The notes under the pieces were generated by a model. That model saw only the letters and a list, made by a program, of their open reading frames with translations, made no database searches and was not told the DNA's origin. A DNA stretch of 64,000 bases. Source: an uncultured delta proteobacterium. Lineage in GTDB: Bacteria > Myxococcota > Myxococcia > Myxococcales > Myxococcaceae. The stretch spans positions 96,001-160,000 of the forward strand of contig CAWCKH010000001.1 in assembly GCA_963796055.1 (NCBI GenBank). The letters run 5' to 3'. Positions 20,682-29,789 of the stretch are shown one piece after another. How positions within the stretch are numbered: the stretch's first letter is position 1; each line of letters starts with the position of its first letter. Both the position numbers and the translations under genes were made by a program.

Positions 20682-22874
20682 CTAGAACTCGATCCCGTTC
20701 GACGCCGGCTTGGGGAGCGTCATCGCCAGCCGCCGCACCTCCGAGGCCCCGTAGAACGCCTGGTACAGGTAGTCGTCGGCGACTACCTGCTTCATGTACG
20801 CCCGGGTCTCCTTGAACGGGACCGACTCGACGAAGAGGTCCACCGGCATCGAGCCGAGCTCGCTGGTCCACTTGAGGGTCACGCTCGGGCCGGCGTTGTA
20901 CGCCGCGGCGATCAGCACCGGATGGACGAAGCGCTTTGCCAGCTGCCCCACGTACCAGGCGGACAGGTCCAGGTTCAGCTCGGGCCGGTAGAGCTCGTCC
21001 GGCTCGGGCGGATCGCGCTGCAGCTCTCGGGCGATGGCGCTCGCCGTCCGGGCCATGAGCTGCATCAGCCCCCGCGCCCGCGCCGCGCTCAGCCGATCCG
21101 GCTGGAACGCGCTCTCGCGCCGCATGATGGCGTAGAGCAGCGAGGAGTGGACGCCCTGCGCCCGGGCCGTCTCGTCCACGTGGCTCACGTAGGGACGCGG
21201 ATAGAGCAGGGCGAGCGCGGCGGGGTCCTTCTGCGCATAGGCCTTGCCCCACAGCAGCCGGTTTGCCAGGTGGTACGCCGCCCAGGCCTCACCCACCCGC
21301 GCCAGTACCGTGCCCACCCGGAGCGCGCCCTCGGGCGTGTGCACCGCACCCAGCCGCGCCCGCAGCTCCTCCCCCGACTCGCGCCACAGCCCCGCGCTCG
21401 CCAGCGCCCTTGGGAGCGCCAGCTCCGGCGCCGCCGCCACCTTGGTTGGCAGGTGCGGGCGCTCGGTGAAGAACGGCTCGGGCTTGGCCCCCAGCTCCCG
21501 GAGGCGCTCCTGCGCCAGCAGGCCGTAGAACGTTTGTGGATAGAGCTTGAGGATGTCCTGGTACTCATCGACCGGCTTGCCGCCGGCGAGATGCTTCACC
21601 CGGACCCGCCAGTACTTGGCCTGGGGCACCAGCCCGCTGCGCGGGTAGCGTTCCTGAAGCTCCCGGAGCCCCCGGTCTGCCTCGGCCCAGTTGCCGTTGC
21701 GGATCTGCGCCAGAGCCCGGAAGAAGCAGGCCTCGTCGCGGCGCCTCGACTCGGGGTGTTTCCGCTCGAAGCTCTCCAGCGCGTCCGCGGCCGCCTGCAG
21801 CTTCCCCTCCTGAAGCGCGAGCCATCCGAGGAAGTAGTCCGCCTCCTCCGAGGCCGGCTCGCCGGCGAACTTCTTCGAGATCTCTTGCAGCCGCTCGATG
21901 GCCCGGGTGTGCTCGTCGAGCTTCAGCAGGCGTCGGGCCCGCACCAGCATCGCCTCGGCCGCCGTCGCCGGGGGGCCCGCCGAGGCCACCGCCAGGGCCT
22001 CCTCGGCGTCCTCCACCCGGTTCAGGGCGAAGAACGCCTGGGCCCGCAGGAGCGCCACCTGCGCCCTCGCACCGGGGTCGGGCACCAGACCGTTGGTCTC
22101 GCTCCGGTCCAGCTCGGCCAGCGCCAGCTTGGCGTCGCCCGCATCGAGGAAGACCCGCGTGCGCTGCAGCCGCTCGTCCAGGGTGAGCGCCACCGCCGGG
22201 GCCGAGCTGCCCCGGAGCTGCGCGTCGGCGTCCATCGCCGCCTGCGAGCGTGGGTAGCGCACCATCAGCGTGTGGAGGTCCGCCTGGGCCCCTGCCAGGT
22301 CGCCCAGCGCCGCCCGGGCCTCCGAGCGGGCGGAGAGCAGCTCCGGGCCTCCCAGCGCCCCCAGGGCACGTTCCAGCAGGGGCAGCGCCTGCCCCGGCTC
22401 CCCGGCGCGCAGCAGCGCCTCCCCGGCCCTTGCGACCGCACGATTCGCCACCACCCCCGGCGCCGTGGTCGCCTCGGAGAACGCCTGCGCAGCCCCCCTG
22501 AAATCGCGGACGTAGAAGAGCGCCTCCCCGATGGCGAAGCTCCTGTAGGGCCCGAGCAGCGGGGGGGCCGGATGGCGGCGGAGTTGGGTCAGCGCCTCCC
22601 GGGGCTCACCGCGCGAGAGCAGCAGAGAGCCCACCAGCAGCGACAGCTGCGGCGCCTGGACACAGCCCTTCCTGGTACAGGCCCCCAGCTCCGCCTGCGC
22701 CATCTCCAGGGCAGACGCCCGCTGGAGCCGGGTTGCCTCGAGCAGCCGCTCGGACTGCCCCCGGGCCGCCGGGCAAGCCACGATGACCCAAAGGACGAGG
22801 CACCGCCCGGCATGGAGGAGCCGGCGGGCACGCCCACGCGGGCGCGTCCGGGGACCAGCAGAAGCGCTCACCAT
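20682..22874 (-). CDS. Slt70-like lytic transglycosylase with TPR superhelix
   Basis: C-terminal AIMRRES, GLMQLM, AAYNAG and ETRAY motifs; start uncertain. Confidence 0.92.
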   Translation of the reverse strand: MVSASAGPRTRPRGRARRLLHAGRCLVLWVIVACPAARGQSERLLEATRLQRASALEMAQAELGACTRKGCVQAPQLSLLVGSLLLSRGEPREALTQLRRHPAPPLLGPYRSFAIGEALFYVRDFRGAAQAFSEATTAPGVVANRAVARAGEALLRAGEPGQALPLLERALGALGGPELLSARSEARAALGDLAGAQADLHTLMVRYPRSQAAMDADAQLRGSSAPAVALTLDERLQRTRVFLDAGDAKLALAELDRSETNGLVPDPGARAQVALLRAQAFFALNRVEDAEEALAVASAGPPATAAEAMLVRARRLLKLDEHTRAIERLQEISKKFAGEPASEEADYFLGWLALQEGKLQAAADALESFERKHPESRRRDEACFFRALAQIRNGNWAEADRGLRELQERYPRSGLVPQAKYWRVRVKHLAGGKPVDEYQDILKLYPQTFYGLLAQERLRELGAKPEPFFTERPHLPTKVAAAPELALPRALASAGLWRESGEELRARLGAVHTPEGALRVGTVLARVGEAWAAYHLANRLLWGKAYAQKDPAALALLYPRPYVSHVDETARAQGVHSSLLYAIMRRESAFQPDRLSAARARGLMQLMARTASAIARELQRDPPEPDELYRPELNLDLSAWYVGQLAKRFVHPVLIAAAYNAGPSVTLKWTSELGSMPVDLFVESVPFKETRAYMKQVVADDYLYQAFYGASEVRRLAMTLPKPASNGIEF

Positions 22875-23131
22875 GAGGTGAGGCGCATGCTCTCACGCCG
22901 CGCCGACCCTTGTCCCCTCGTGGGTTCGCGGGATTGCGCGCCGGGCCATCGGTGAGGTGCGAGCACCGCGGTGACCCTGGTTTGACATCGGAATGTGGCA
23001 CCGCATAAACCACCGCGGACTCCGGGTACGGCCCGGAGGCGTGAGGGGAAGATTTCCAGCACCGGTCAGAACAGTTCGCGTCCTGCACGCCCCCTCCAGG
23101 CCCATCTCGACGTCTTCGCGGAGACTCGCCG

Positions 23132-23365
23132 ATGAAACCGTGCCCGACCGACCTGCCTCAGACCATCAATCCTGAGGCAGGCCCCAAGCGTGCTGGAGTC
23201 GAGGTGCATCGCAACCTGAACTGCGCCCACTACGACCACTGTCTGGACGAGGCGGTGCGGCGGGGCTGGCAGAGCTTCACCTGCGTGAAGTGCCCGCTCT
23301 ACGCCACGGTGGCCGCGCCTGCGCTGGGCATCGAGGCGTACGCCACCCAGCGCCGGGCCATCTGA
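23132..23365 (+). CDS. Small Cys-rich hypothetical protein (probable metal binding)
   Basis: 77 aa; RNLNCAHYDHCLD...FTCVKC; GGAG RBS; GC3-biased codons. Confidence 0.75.
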   Translation: MKPCPTDLPQTINPEAGPKRAGVEVHRNLNCAHYDHCLDEAVRRGWQSFTCVKCPLYATVAAPALGIEAYATQRRAI

Positions 23366-23375
23366 CGTCCCGGGC

Positions 23376-24881
23376 TCACTGCCCGGCGTAGATGACCACC
23401 ACCCAGTAGCGCCCCTTCCCGTAGGTGGCCGAGTCGCCGCGCACCGCGCCGATGCCCACCAGGGAGTAGCGCGCGTCCCGGAGCCCCCGCGAGGGCGGGA
23501 GCGCCCCGAGGTCACGGGCCACGTAGAGGTCCGCCGAGGCGGTCCGCGCCTCCGAGAGCGCTCCGAAGATCTGGCTGTCGATCTCCGGCGCCCGCGGATC
23601 GTCGCGGGTCAGGGCCGCCCGGGCCTGCCGGACGGCGATGTTCTCCAGAGCCGCGTTCCGTTGCAGCGCCGGCAGCTTGAGCGCCGCCCGCTCGGCGCTG
23701 AGACGGGCGTACGCGCTGGCAACCGGGTCCACGCCGGACTTCGCCGGGGTCGCCAGCAGCTCCACCAGGAGCACCTCCGAGCCGCCGTCCCGCGCTTGCC
23801 GGGCCAGCCCGAACCCCACGCGCTCGAAGGCAGGGTCGAGCAGGTTCTTGCGGTGCCCGGGGCTCTCCTCGATGGCGGCGTGCGCCGCCAGCGGCCCCGA
23901 CGCCATGCCCAGGTTCTCGCCCGATGCCTGGTAGGCGTAGCCGGCCTGCTCCAGCCGCTCCGGGAGCGCGTCGCCGTCGGGCGAGACGTGGGCGAAGAAG
24001 CGCTGGGTGGCCATCCGGTCGGCGTAGGCCTGCGCCACCGCGTCCAGCCCCGGATCGGGCTGGACAGCCCGAACCCCCGCAGCCGCGCGCAGGGCGTTGA
24101 CCCTCCCCAGGAGCCGGGACCGGGCCTCGGCGGGCGATGCGGGCTCGGGCCCTCCCAGGGGCGCCGCGGCCGTGGGCGCCGCCGGGGCGCCGGGCCCGAC
24201 GTCCACCGAGAACATCGCCGCGACCTCGGGCCCCTCGGCACCGTCGCCGAGCACCTCGAGCGCATGCCGGCCGTTCCCCTGGAAGGGCACCGGCGCGCAG
24301 TAGCTCCCCCCGTGCCCGGAGACGTCGGCCAGCCGGTCCACCGCGCCCGAGGGTCGGGTGACGAACACCGTCGGCCGGCCCAGCGGCGCCCGGAGCTCGA
24401 AGCACAGCCGCTGCCGAGAGGGCGCCTTCTCCACCTTCCGCGGGAACGGCTGCAGCAGCGCCTTCCGGTCCGCCAGGAGCAGCGCGAGCACGGTGTGGTC
24501 GTCGTCCGCCACCAGCGCCAGCCCGGCGTGGGTGGCGGGCTCGGAGGTGAAGTCGGTCCGCTGCAGGAAGGCCTGCAAGGTCGTCTGGGTGGGCCAGCTC
24601 CGGATGAGCACCAGCCGCGGGTTGGGGTCCCATCCCCCGGCCTCCGAGACCGCCAGGCCGATCCGCATGCCGCTCGCCGCCTCCGCCGTGGAGAGCAGCG
24701 CCTCGCGGGCCAGGGTCCGCGCGGCCTGGCTCAGCGCCGGGTCGTTGACCGGGGAGGAGCGGCCGATCCGCTCGAAGCTCTGGCGGACGTGGAGCACCGC
24801 CCTGGCCTCGGCGTCGGCGAGGTCGGAGGCGGGGGGCGGGCCCTGCGCGGCGAGCACGAGCAGGGAGAGCAGGAGTCTCAC
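23376..24881 (-). CDS. Secreted CAP (SCP) domain protein
   Basis: GTG at 24881 with signal peptide; VNALR...FFAHVSPDG...GENL...ESPGHRKNLL. Confidence 0.85.
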   Translation of the reverse strand: MRLLLSLLVLAAQGPPPASDLADAEARAVLHVRQSFERIGRSSPVNDPALSQAARTLAREALLSTAEAASGMRIGLAVSEAGGWDPNPRLVLIRSWPTQTTLQAFLQRTDFTSEPATHAGLALVADDDHTVLALLLADRKALLQPFPRKVEKAPSRQRLCFELRAPLGRPTVFVTRPSGAVDRLADVSGHGGSYCAPVPFQGNGRHALEVLGDGAEGPEVAAMFSVDVGPGAPAAPTAAAPLGGPEPASPAEARSRLLGRVNALRAAAGVRAVQPDPGLDAVAQAYADRMATQRFFAHVSPDGDALPERLEQAGYAYQASGENLGMASGPLAAHAAIEESPGHRKNLLDPAFERVGFGLARQARDGGSEVLLVELLATPAKSGVDPVASAYARLSAERAALKLPALQRNAALENIAVRQARAALTRDDPRAPEIDSQIFGALSEARTASADLYVARDLGALPPSRGLRDARYSLVGIGAVRGDSATYGKGRYWVVVIYAGQ

Positions 24882-25174
24882 GGAGCGAGGCGGAACTCGA
24901 TGCGACGGACGGGGGCGGTGGCCACCGCGGCGTTCCAGCGCTCGCGGAGGACGGCCTCCTGCGCCTCGAGCGTCGCCCGCCAGGTGGCGCCGCGCACGTC
25001 GACCCGGAGCACGCCCTCCACCAGCTCCACCGGCCTGCTCTGGGCGCCGATGACCGCGCCCTGGATGCGTGGCCACAGCGTGCCCAGCGCGGCCGCACCC
25101 TGGCCGTCGCGCACCAGTCGCCCGAGGAGGTCGGGGAGCAGCGCCGCGAGGGCAGTGGGTTCCCGGGAGGCCAC
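24878..25174 (-). CDS. DciA/DUF721-like protein
   Basis: 98 aa; LWPRIQGAVIGAQSRPVELVEGVLRVDV...TW...RRIEFR pattern; GTGA overlap with the CAP gene. Confidence 0.7.
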   Translation of the reverse strand: MASREPTALAALLPDLLGRLVRDGQGAAALGTLWPRIQGAVIGAQSRPVELVEGVLRVDVRGATWRATLEAQEAVLRERWNAAVATAPVRRIEFRLAP

Positions 25175-25185
25175 GGAACGCAACG

Positions 25186-26610
25186 TTAGCCGAGGAAGAC
25201 GCCGCCGCGCGCCCCGAGCAGCGAGCGCAGCATGTGTTCGATGGTGTTCCGGGTCGCCTCCACCAGCGACTCGACCACCGAGAGGTCGGTCTCCCTCGCC
25301 CCCGGTGGCACCTCGATGGGCTCCCCGATGCGGATGCGCCACTTGGCCGGAAGGGGGAGGGGGCCGAGCGGGGTGACCGGCACGTAGGGCACGCCGAGCA
25401 GCCCTCCGGGGAGCTTTCCCAAGAGCGGCAGTGTCTCCTCGGCACCCATGATCGCCACCGGGAGGATGGGGTGGCGGGTGCGGAGCGCCAGCTTGACGAA
25501 CCCACCCCGCCCGAACCGCTGCAGGCGGTAGCGGTCGCGGAACGGCTTGCCGATGCCCTGGATGCCCTCGGGGAAGATGAGGACTGGCCGGCCCTCGGCG
25601 AGGAGACGGGTGGCGCTGTCCGGGGAGGCGCGCACCGCGCCGAGCCGGTTGAAGAGCGTGCCGAGCAACGGGGCGTAGAAGACCTGGTCCTCGGCGAGCC
25701 AGCGCGCCTCGGGGAGGTCGGGGCGCTCCCGCCGGAGCGCCTCGTGCAGCATCGGCCCGTCGAGGGGCAACGCCCCGGCGTGGTTGGCGACGAGCAGCGC
25801 CCCGCCCGGGGGCACGTGCGACGCTCCCTCCACCTCCACCCGGAACCAGCGGCTGTAGAGAAAATCGACCAGCGGGGCGACGGCCTCGCTCAGCCGGGTG
25901 TCGCGGCCGTACACGTCGAGCTGCTCGCCGCCCGCGGTCCCCAGCCCGGCCCGGATGGCGCGCAGGGCGGCCTCGATCGCCGACCAGGCCTCGGCCAGGA
26001 GCCCGGGCGCCTCCCGGAGCGCCTCGACCAGCGAGGTGGCGCCAGGCGTGTCGGTCCCCTCGGCGGTCCGGCCGAGCTTCCGCCGCGGTGATTCCGGCTC
26101 CTGGGTGACGGCTCCGGGCAGGGGAGTCCAGGTCAGGGTCGGCGCTTCCAGCCCGGGTGGGATCCACGCGGCCGCCGGCGTGGCAGCGCGGCCCCTGTCG
26201 GCCAGCGGGGCCCGGAGCGACTCGGTCGCGACCTCCGCGCGCGGGGGTGGTGCGCTCGAGACGGCGGGCGGAGGCGGGGGGGCCACGGGGGGGGGGCGCT
26301 CGGCGACAACCGAGGCGGCGAGCGGGACCGGAGGGGGTGGTTCGGGCGGAGTGGCGGCGGGGGCGCTTGCCTCGGGGACGAAGACTCCGACGGACGTGGC
26401 CGCCGGGGCAGGCGTCGGTTCCTTCGGAGCACGCGCGGCGCTCTTCTTCGCCCGGGCCTCCGGGTCCTTCTTCGACGGGCTCCGCTTCGAAGCCTCGGCA
26501 GCAGCAGCTGGACTCGCCGTGGGCTCGTCGGCGGCAGGCGAGGTGGGTGGCGTGCGTCCCGCCGCGCCACGCTGGAAGGGGTCGTTCCCCAGGACACGCC
26601 TGCTGCCCAT
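25186..26610 (-). CDS. Lysophospholipid (PlsC-type) acyltransferase with long Pro/Ala-rich N-terminus
   Basis: NHAGALPLD (HX4-5D), IFPEG, FGRGGF. Confidence 0.88.
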   Translation of the reverse strand: MGSRRVLGNDPFQRGAAGRTPPTSPAADEPTASPAAAAEASKRSPSKKDPEARAKKSAARAPKEPTPAPAATSVGVFVPEASAPAATPPEPPPPVPLAASVVAERPPPVAPPPPPAVSSAPPPRAEVATESLRAPLADRGRAATPAAAWIPPGLEAPTLTWTPLPGAVTQEPESPRRKLGRTAEGTDTPGATSLVEALREAPGLLAEAWSAIEAALRAIRAGLGTAGGEQLDVYGRDTRLSEAVAPLVDFLYSRWFRVEVEGASHVPPGGALLVANHAGALPLDGPMLHEALRRERPDLPEARWLAEDQVFYAPLLGTLFNRLGAVRASPDSATRLLAEGRPVLIFPEGIQGIGKPFRDRYRLQRFGRGGFVKLALRTRHPILPVAIMGAEETLPLLGKLPGGLLGVPYVPVTPLGPLPLPAKWRIRIGEPIEVPPGARETDLSVVESLVEATRNTIEHMLRSLLGARGGVFLG

Positions 26611-26616
26611 CGTTCG

Positions 26617-27570
26617 TCAGCTCCTCACCGAGGCCGCCGCCTCGCGCGCCCCGAAGCGGGGGCGGAAGCCGAGCGTGGTGCGCGCCCGGGTCCCGTCCGC
26701 CACCCAGGAGTAGTGAAGGTAGTCGAGGAGCGCGCCCGGTGTCGCAGTGATTCCGGCCGAGTTCAGGGCGCGAAGCGTCCCCCGCGCCAGCGGGGGAGGC
26801 AGCGGCAGCGGCATCGTGCCGGCGAGGCGGATCAGAGACGAGAGCGGCAGCACGTCGTCACTGACCACGTTGAACGTTCCGCTCACCGGAACGTCGAGCA
26901 ACCTCAGGAACAGCTCCCGGGCGTCCTCCTCGTGGACCGCCTGCCAGAGCGGGTCGAACCCGAGCAGGGTCGGCACCAGCGGTCGGCGGAAATACCGGGT
27001 CGCGGGGTTGTCCACCGTCGGACCGAGCACCGGAGCGAAGCGAAGCACGGTGAGCCCCACGCCGGGATGATCTCGGCGGAAAGCCATCAGCTGCCGTTCG
27101 ACCTCCACTCGGTCGGTGACGAACCGGCTCCCGGGGCAGCCGTGCAGCGGCGCGTCCTCGTCGAGGAGCACCGGATTGCCGGCGCGGGCTCCGTAGACCG
27201 TGGTGGTCGACGGCACCACCACGTGGTGCACCCCGGCACGCACCGCCGACGCCAGGGTGTGCAGTGTCCCGATGACCTCCAGCTCGTGGGCGAAGGCCGC
27301 GCTGCGGGTCCGGCCATGCAGGAAGGCCAGGTGGTACAGCACGTCGACGGGCGCGGTGGAGAGCGCGCTCTCCAGCTCGGACTCGACGTCCCACCGGGTC
27401 AGGTCCACGCGGTGGTGCACCAGCCGGGCACCGCTCACCGGCCGGGGGCCAAAGGTCAGCAGCTGCTCGATGCGGGGCTCGGCCAGCAGCTTCGGCAGGA
27501 GCAGCGCTCCGAACTCGCTGGTCGGGCCGGTGACCGCCACCCGCAGGGACCTGCCGTTCTCTCTGCCCAT
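26617..27570 (-). CDS. NAD-dependent epimerase/dehydratase (extended SDR)
   Basis: VAVTG N-terminus, YHLAF, STTTVYGA, VHEED. Confidence 0.85.
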   Translation of the reverse strand: MGRENGRSLRVAVTGPTSEFGALLLPKLLAEPRIEQLLTFGPRPVSGARLVHHRVDLTRWDVESELESALSTAPVDVLYHLAFLHGRTRSAAFAHELEVIGTLHTLASAVRAGVHHVVVPSTTTVYGARAGNPVLLDEDAPLHGCPGSRFVTDRVEVERQLMAFRRDHPGVGLTVLRFAPVLGPTVDNPATRYFRRPLVPTLLGFDPLWQAVHEEDARELFLRLLDVPVSGTFNVVSDDVLPLSSLIRLAGTMPLPLPPPLARGTLRALNSAGITATPGALLDYLHYSWVADGTRARTTLGFRPRFGAREAAASVRS

Positions 27571-27770
27571 CCGGCCGCCGGGGTGTAGCGCGTCGCGCCA
27601 TCCGATGCCAGGGCAGAGGAGATCGCCCCGCGCCGGCGGGCGTGGGGCACAGGGTGAGCAGGATTGGCTCGCTCCTCGTCATTGCATCAGGGCGCTGAGG
27701 CCCATCCAGAAGGAGTACGTATGGCTCGGTCGATGTGTGAATCGGCGCGGTGGGGAGGAGGACTCACGGC

Positions 27771-27914
27771 ATGCCTGCTGGCCCTCGCTTTCCCTATGGC
27801 GACAGCACCAACTCCTCCAACTGGGTCTACGCCCGGGCGTTCGTGTCCATCGCCGACTTCGGCGCGGGCAAGCACGTGAACTGCGACGTGGGGTTCGAGT
27901 TCGACGGATTCTAG
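27771..27914 (+). CDS. Unannotated 47-aa ORF or gene fragment
   Basis: GGAGGAGG SD before ATG 27771; MPAGPRFPYGDSTNSSNWVYARAFVSIADFGAGKHVNCDVGFEFDGF*; mostly G/C third positions from codon 10. Confidence 0.4.
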   Translation: MPAGPRFPYGDSTNSSNWVYARAFVSIADFGAGKHVNCDVGFEFDGF

Positions 27915-27989
27915 GGCGCCCGGCCGGACAGGGCTCGTCTCCCGCGCTCGGTTGCGCGTCGGCCGACGCTCGGTGTACCGCAGCGGACG

Positions 27990-29687
27990 TTGCCGACCAT
28001 CGCCCTCCTCAGCGACGCGCTGATCGACCAGATCGCCGCCGGCGAGGTGGTGGAGCGCCCGGCCTCGGTGGTGAAGGAGCTGGGGGAGAACGCGCTCGAT
28101 GCCGGGGCGCGCTCGGTCCGCATCTCCATCGAGGGTGGAGGCACGCGGCTCATCGAGGTGACCGACGATGGCTCGGGCATGTCCCGCGAGGATGCGCTCC
28201 TGAGCGTCCGCCGGCACGCGACGAGCAAGCTCCGGACCGCCGAGGACCTCCTGGCCATCCGGACCCTCGGCTTCCGGGGTGAGGCGCTCGCGGCCATCGC
28301 CTCCGTGTCGCGTCTGGTGCTGCGCACCGCTCTGACTGGGGCATCCGAGGGCACCGAGGTCCGGGTGGAGGACGGGGAGACCCTGGTCGAACCCGCCGCA
28401 GCCCGACCCGGTACGCAGGTCCGGGTGGAGGACCTGTTCGGCGCCGTCCCTGCCCGCCGCAAGTTCCTCCGCCGCGCCGAGACCGAGCTGAAGCACGTGG
28501 AGGACGCGGTGCTGCGGCTGGCGCTCGCCCACCCGGAGGTTGCCTTCCGGCTGGAGCACGAGGGCCGGACGGTGCGGGTCCTCCCGTCGAGCCCGGGTGA
28601 GCTGCAGGAGCGCATCGCCGCCGCGCTCGGGCCCGAGGTCGCGCCGTTCCTCCTCCCGGTGGAGGAGCGGCGGCTGGGGCTCCGGGTCCACGGGGTCGTC
28701 GCCTCGCCGGAGTTCAGCCTCTCCACGGCGCGGTCCCTCTACGTCTTCGTCAACGGCCGGCACGTGCGTGACCGCACGCTCCACTTCGCGGTCCACCGCG
28801 GGCTGGCCCCGTCGCTTCCGGCCGGACGGCAGCCGGTAGGGGTGCTGTTCGTGGAGATGGAGCCGTCGCGGGTCGACGTCAACGTGCACCCCCAGAAGCT
28901 CGAGGTGCGCTTCGCCGACGCCGCCGAGGTGACGGACGCGGTGCAGGTGGCAATCGCCCGGGCGGTGCTCCGGGCATCCCTGATCGGTGGCCCCTCGAGA
29001 CCGGTGCCGCCCTCAGTCGATTATGCGGCGGCGGTGGAGCGCTTCCTCTCCCGGGCCTCGGCGGCCCCGCTCCCCCTTCCGGAGGTGCGGGACCGGCCGG
29101 CTGCCCACGGGGAGGCGCTCCCCGACCGAAACGCAGCTCCCGCGCCGGGCTACTTCTGCTCCCTGCGCCCGCTGGGGACGCTGCGGGGCAGGGCGCTGGT
29201 CTGCGAGGGCCCCGGGGGCTCCCTGGTGGTGCTCGACCTCCACGCCGCCCGCGAGCGGGTCCTCGCCGACCGGCTGGAGCGCGAGGCCGCCGTGCCCCTC
29301 GAGGCGCCGCTGCTGGGGGCGGCGCTCGCCTTGACCTCGGCGATGGAGGACCGCCTGTCCTCCCGCCGGGAGGCGCTCGCCCGGGCGGGGGTGGTGGTCG
29401 AGCCGTTCGGGCCGGACGCGTTCCGCCTGGTGGGGATTCCACCGGCTCTGGTGGGCCATCGCCCCGAGGCCCTGGTCGAGGCCGCCGTCGGCGCGCTCGA
29501 GGGTGGGCAAGGAGCGGCCGAGGTGCGCGCCGCACTCGCCTGCGCCGCGGCGGCCGAGGGACGCGAGCCCTCCGCCGACGAGATCCGCCAGCTGCTCGCC
29601 GCGCTCGACGCGACGGACCCGGGTGCACGGGTGCGACACGGCCGAGTGGTGGTGGAGGAGCGCGCGGTGCTCTCGCATCTGGCGTGA
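27990..29687 (+). CDS. mutL: DNA mismatch repair protein MutL
   Basis: IAAGEVVERPASVVKEL.ENALDAGA, HATSK, GFRGEAL, VDVNVHPQKLEVRF. Confidence 0.95.
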   Translation: MPTIALLSDALIDQIAAGEVVERPASVVKELGENALDAGARSVRISIEGGGTRLIEVTDDGSGMSREDALLSVRRHATSKLRTAEDLLAIRTLGFRGEALAAIASVSRLVLRTALTGASEGTEVRVEDGETLVEPAAARPGTQVRVEDLFGAVPARRKFLRRAETELKHVEDAVLRLALAHPEVAFRLEHEGRTVRVLPSSPGELQERIAAALGPEVAPFLLPVEERRLGLRVHGVVASPEFSLSTARSLYVFVNGRHVRDRTLHFAVHRGLAPSLPAGRQPVGVLFVEMEPSRVDVNVHPQKLEVRFADAAEVTDAVQVAIARAVLRASLIGGPSRPVPPSVDYAAAVERFLSRASAAPLPLPEVRDRPAAHGEALPDRNAAPAPGYFCSLRPLGTLRGRALVCEGPGGSLVVLDLHAARERVLADRLEREAAVPLEAPLLGAALALTSAMEDRLSSRREALARAGVVVEPFGPDAFRLVGIPPALVGHRPEALVEAAVGALEGGQGAAEVRAALACAAAAEGREPSADEIRQLLAALDATDPGARVRHGRVVVEERAVLSHLA

Positions 29688-29789
29688 GTCTCCATCGTCG
29701 CCCGACCAGGGGGGCGAGCGAGCGACACTTGGAATGCGGGCTGCGAGATGGTCTGTTCGGTGCCGCTACCCGGTACACGCGAGGACACG

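Noticed and set aside
19722..22955. 1077-aa plus-strand ORF and similar long antisense ORFs (e.g. 50958..54785, 38082..40739)
   Set aside because: Shadow frames opposite well-supported genes, expected in high-GC DNA, with no recognisable motifs
22996..23010. Sigma54 promoter (TGGCAC) before the Cys-rich gene
   Set aside because: No TTGC -12 element at the required spacing
23376..26167. 709-aa and 429-aa ORFs as full-length genes
   Set aside because: Only their C-terminal parts are protein-like; the real starts are at 24881 and 25174
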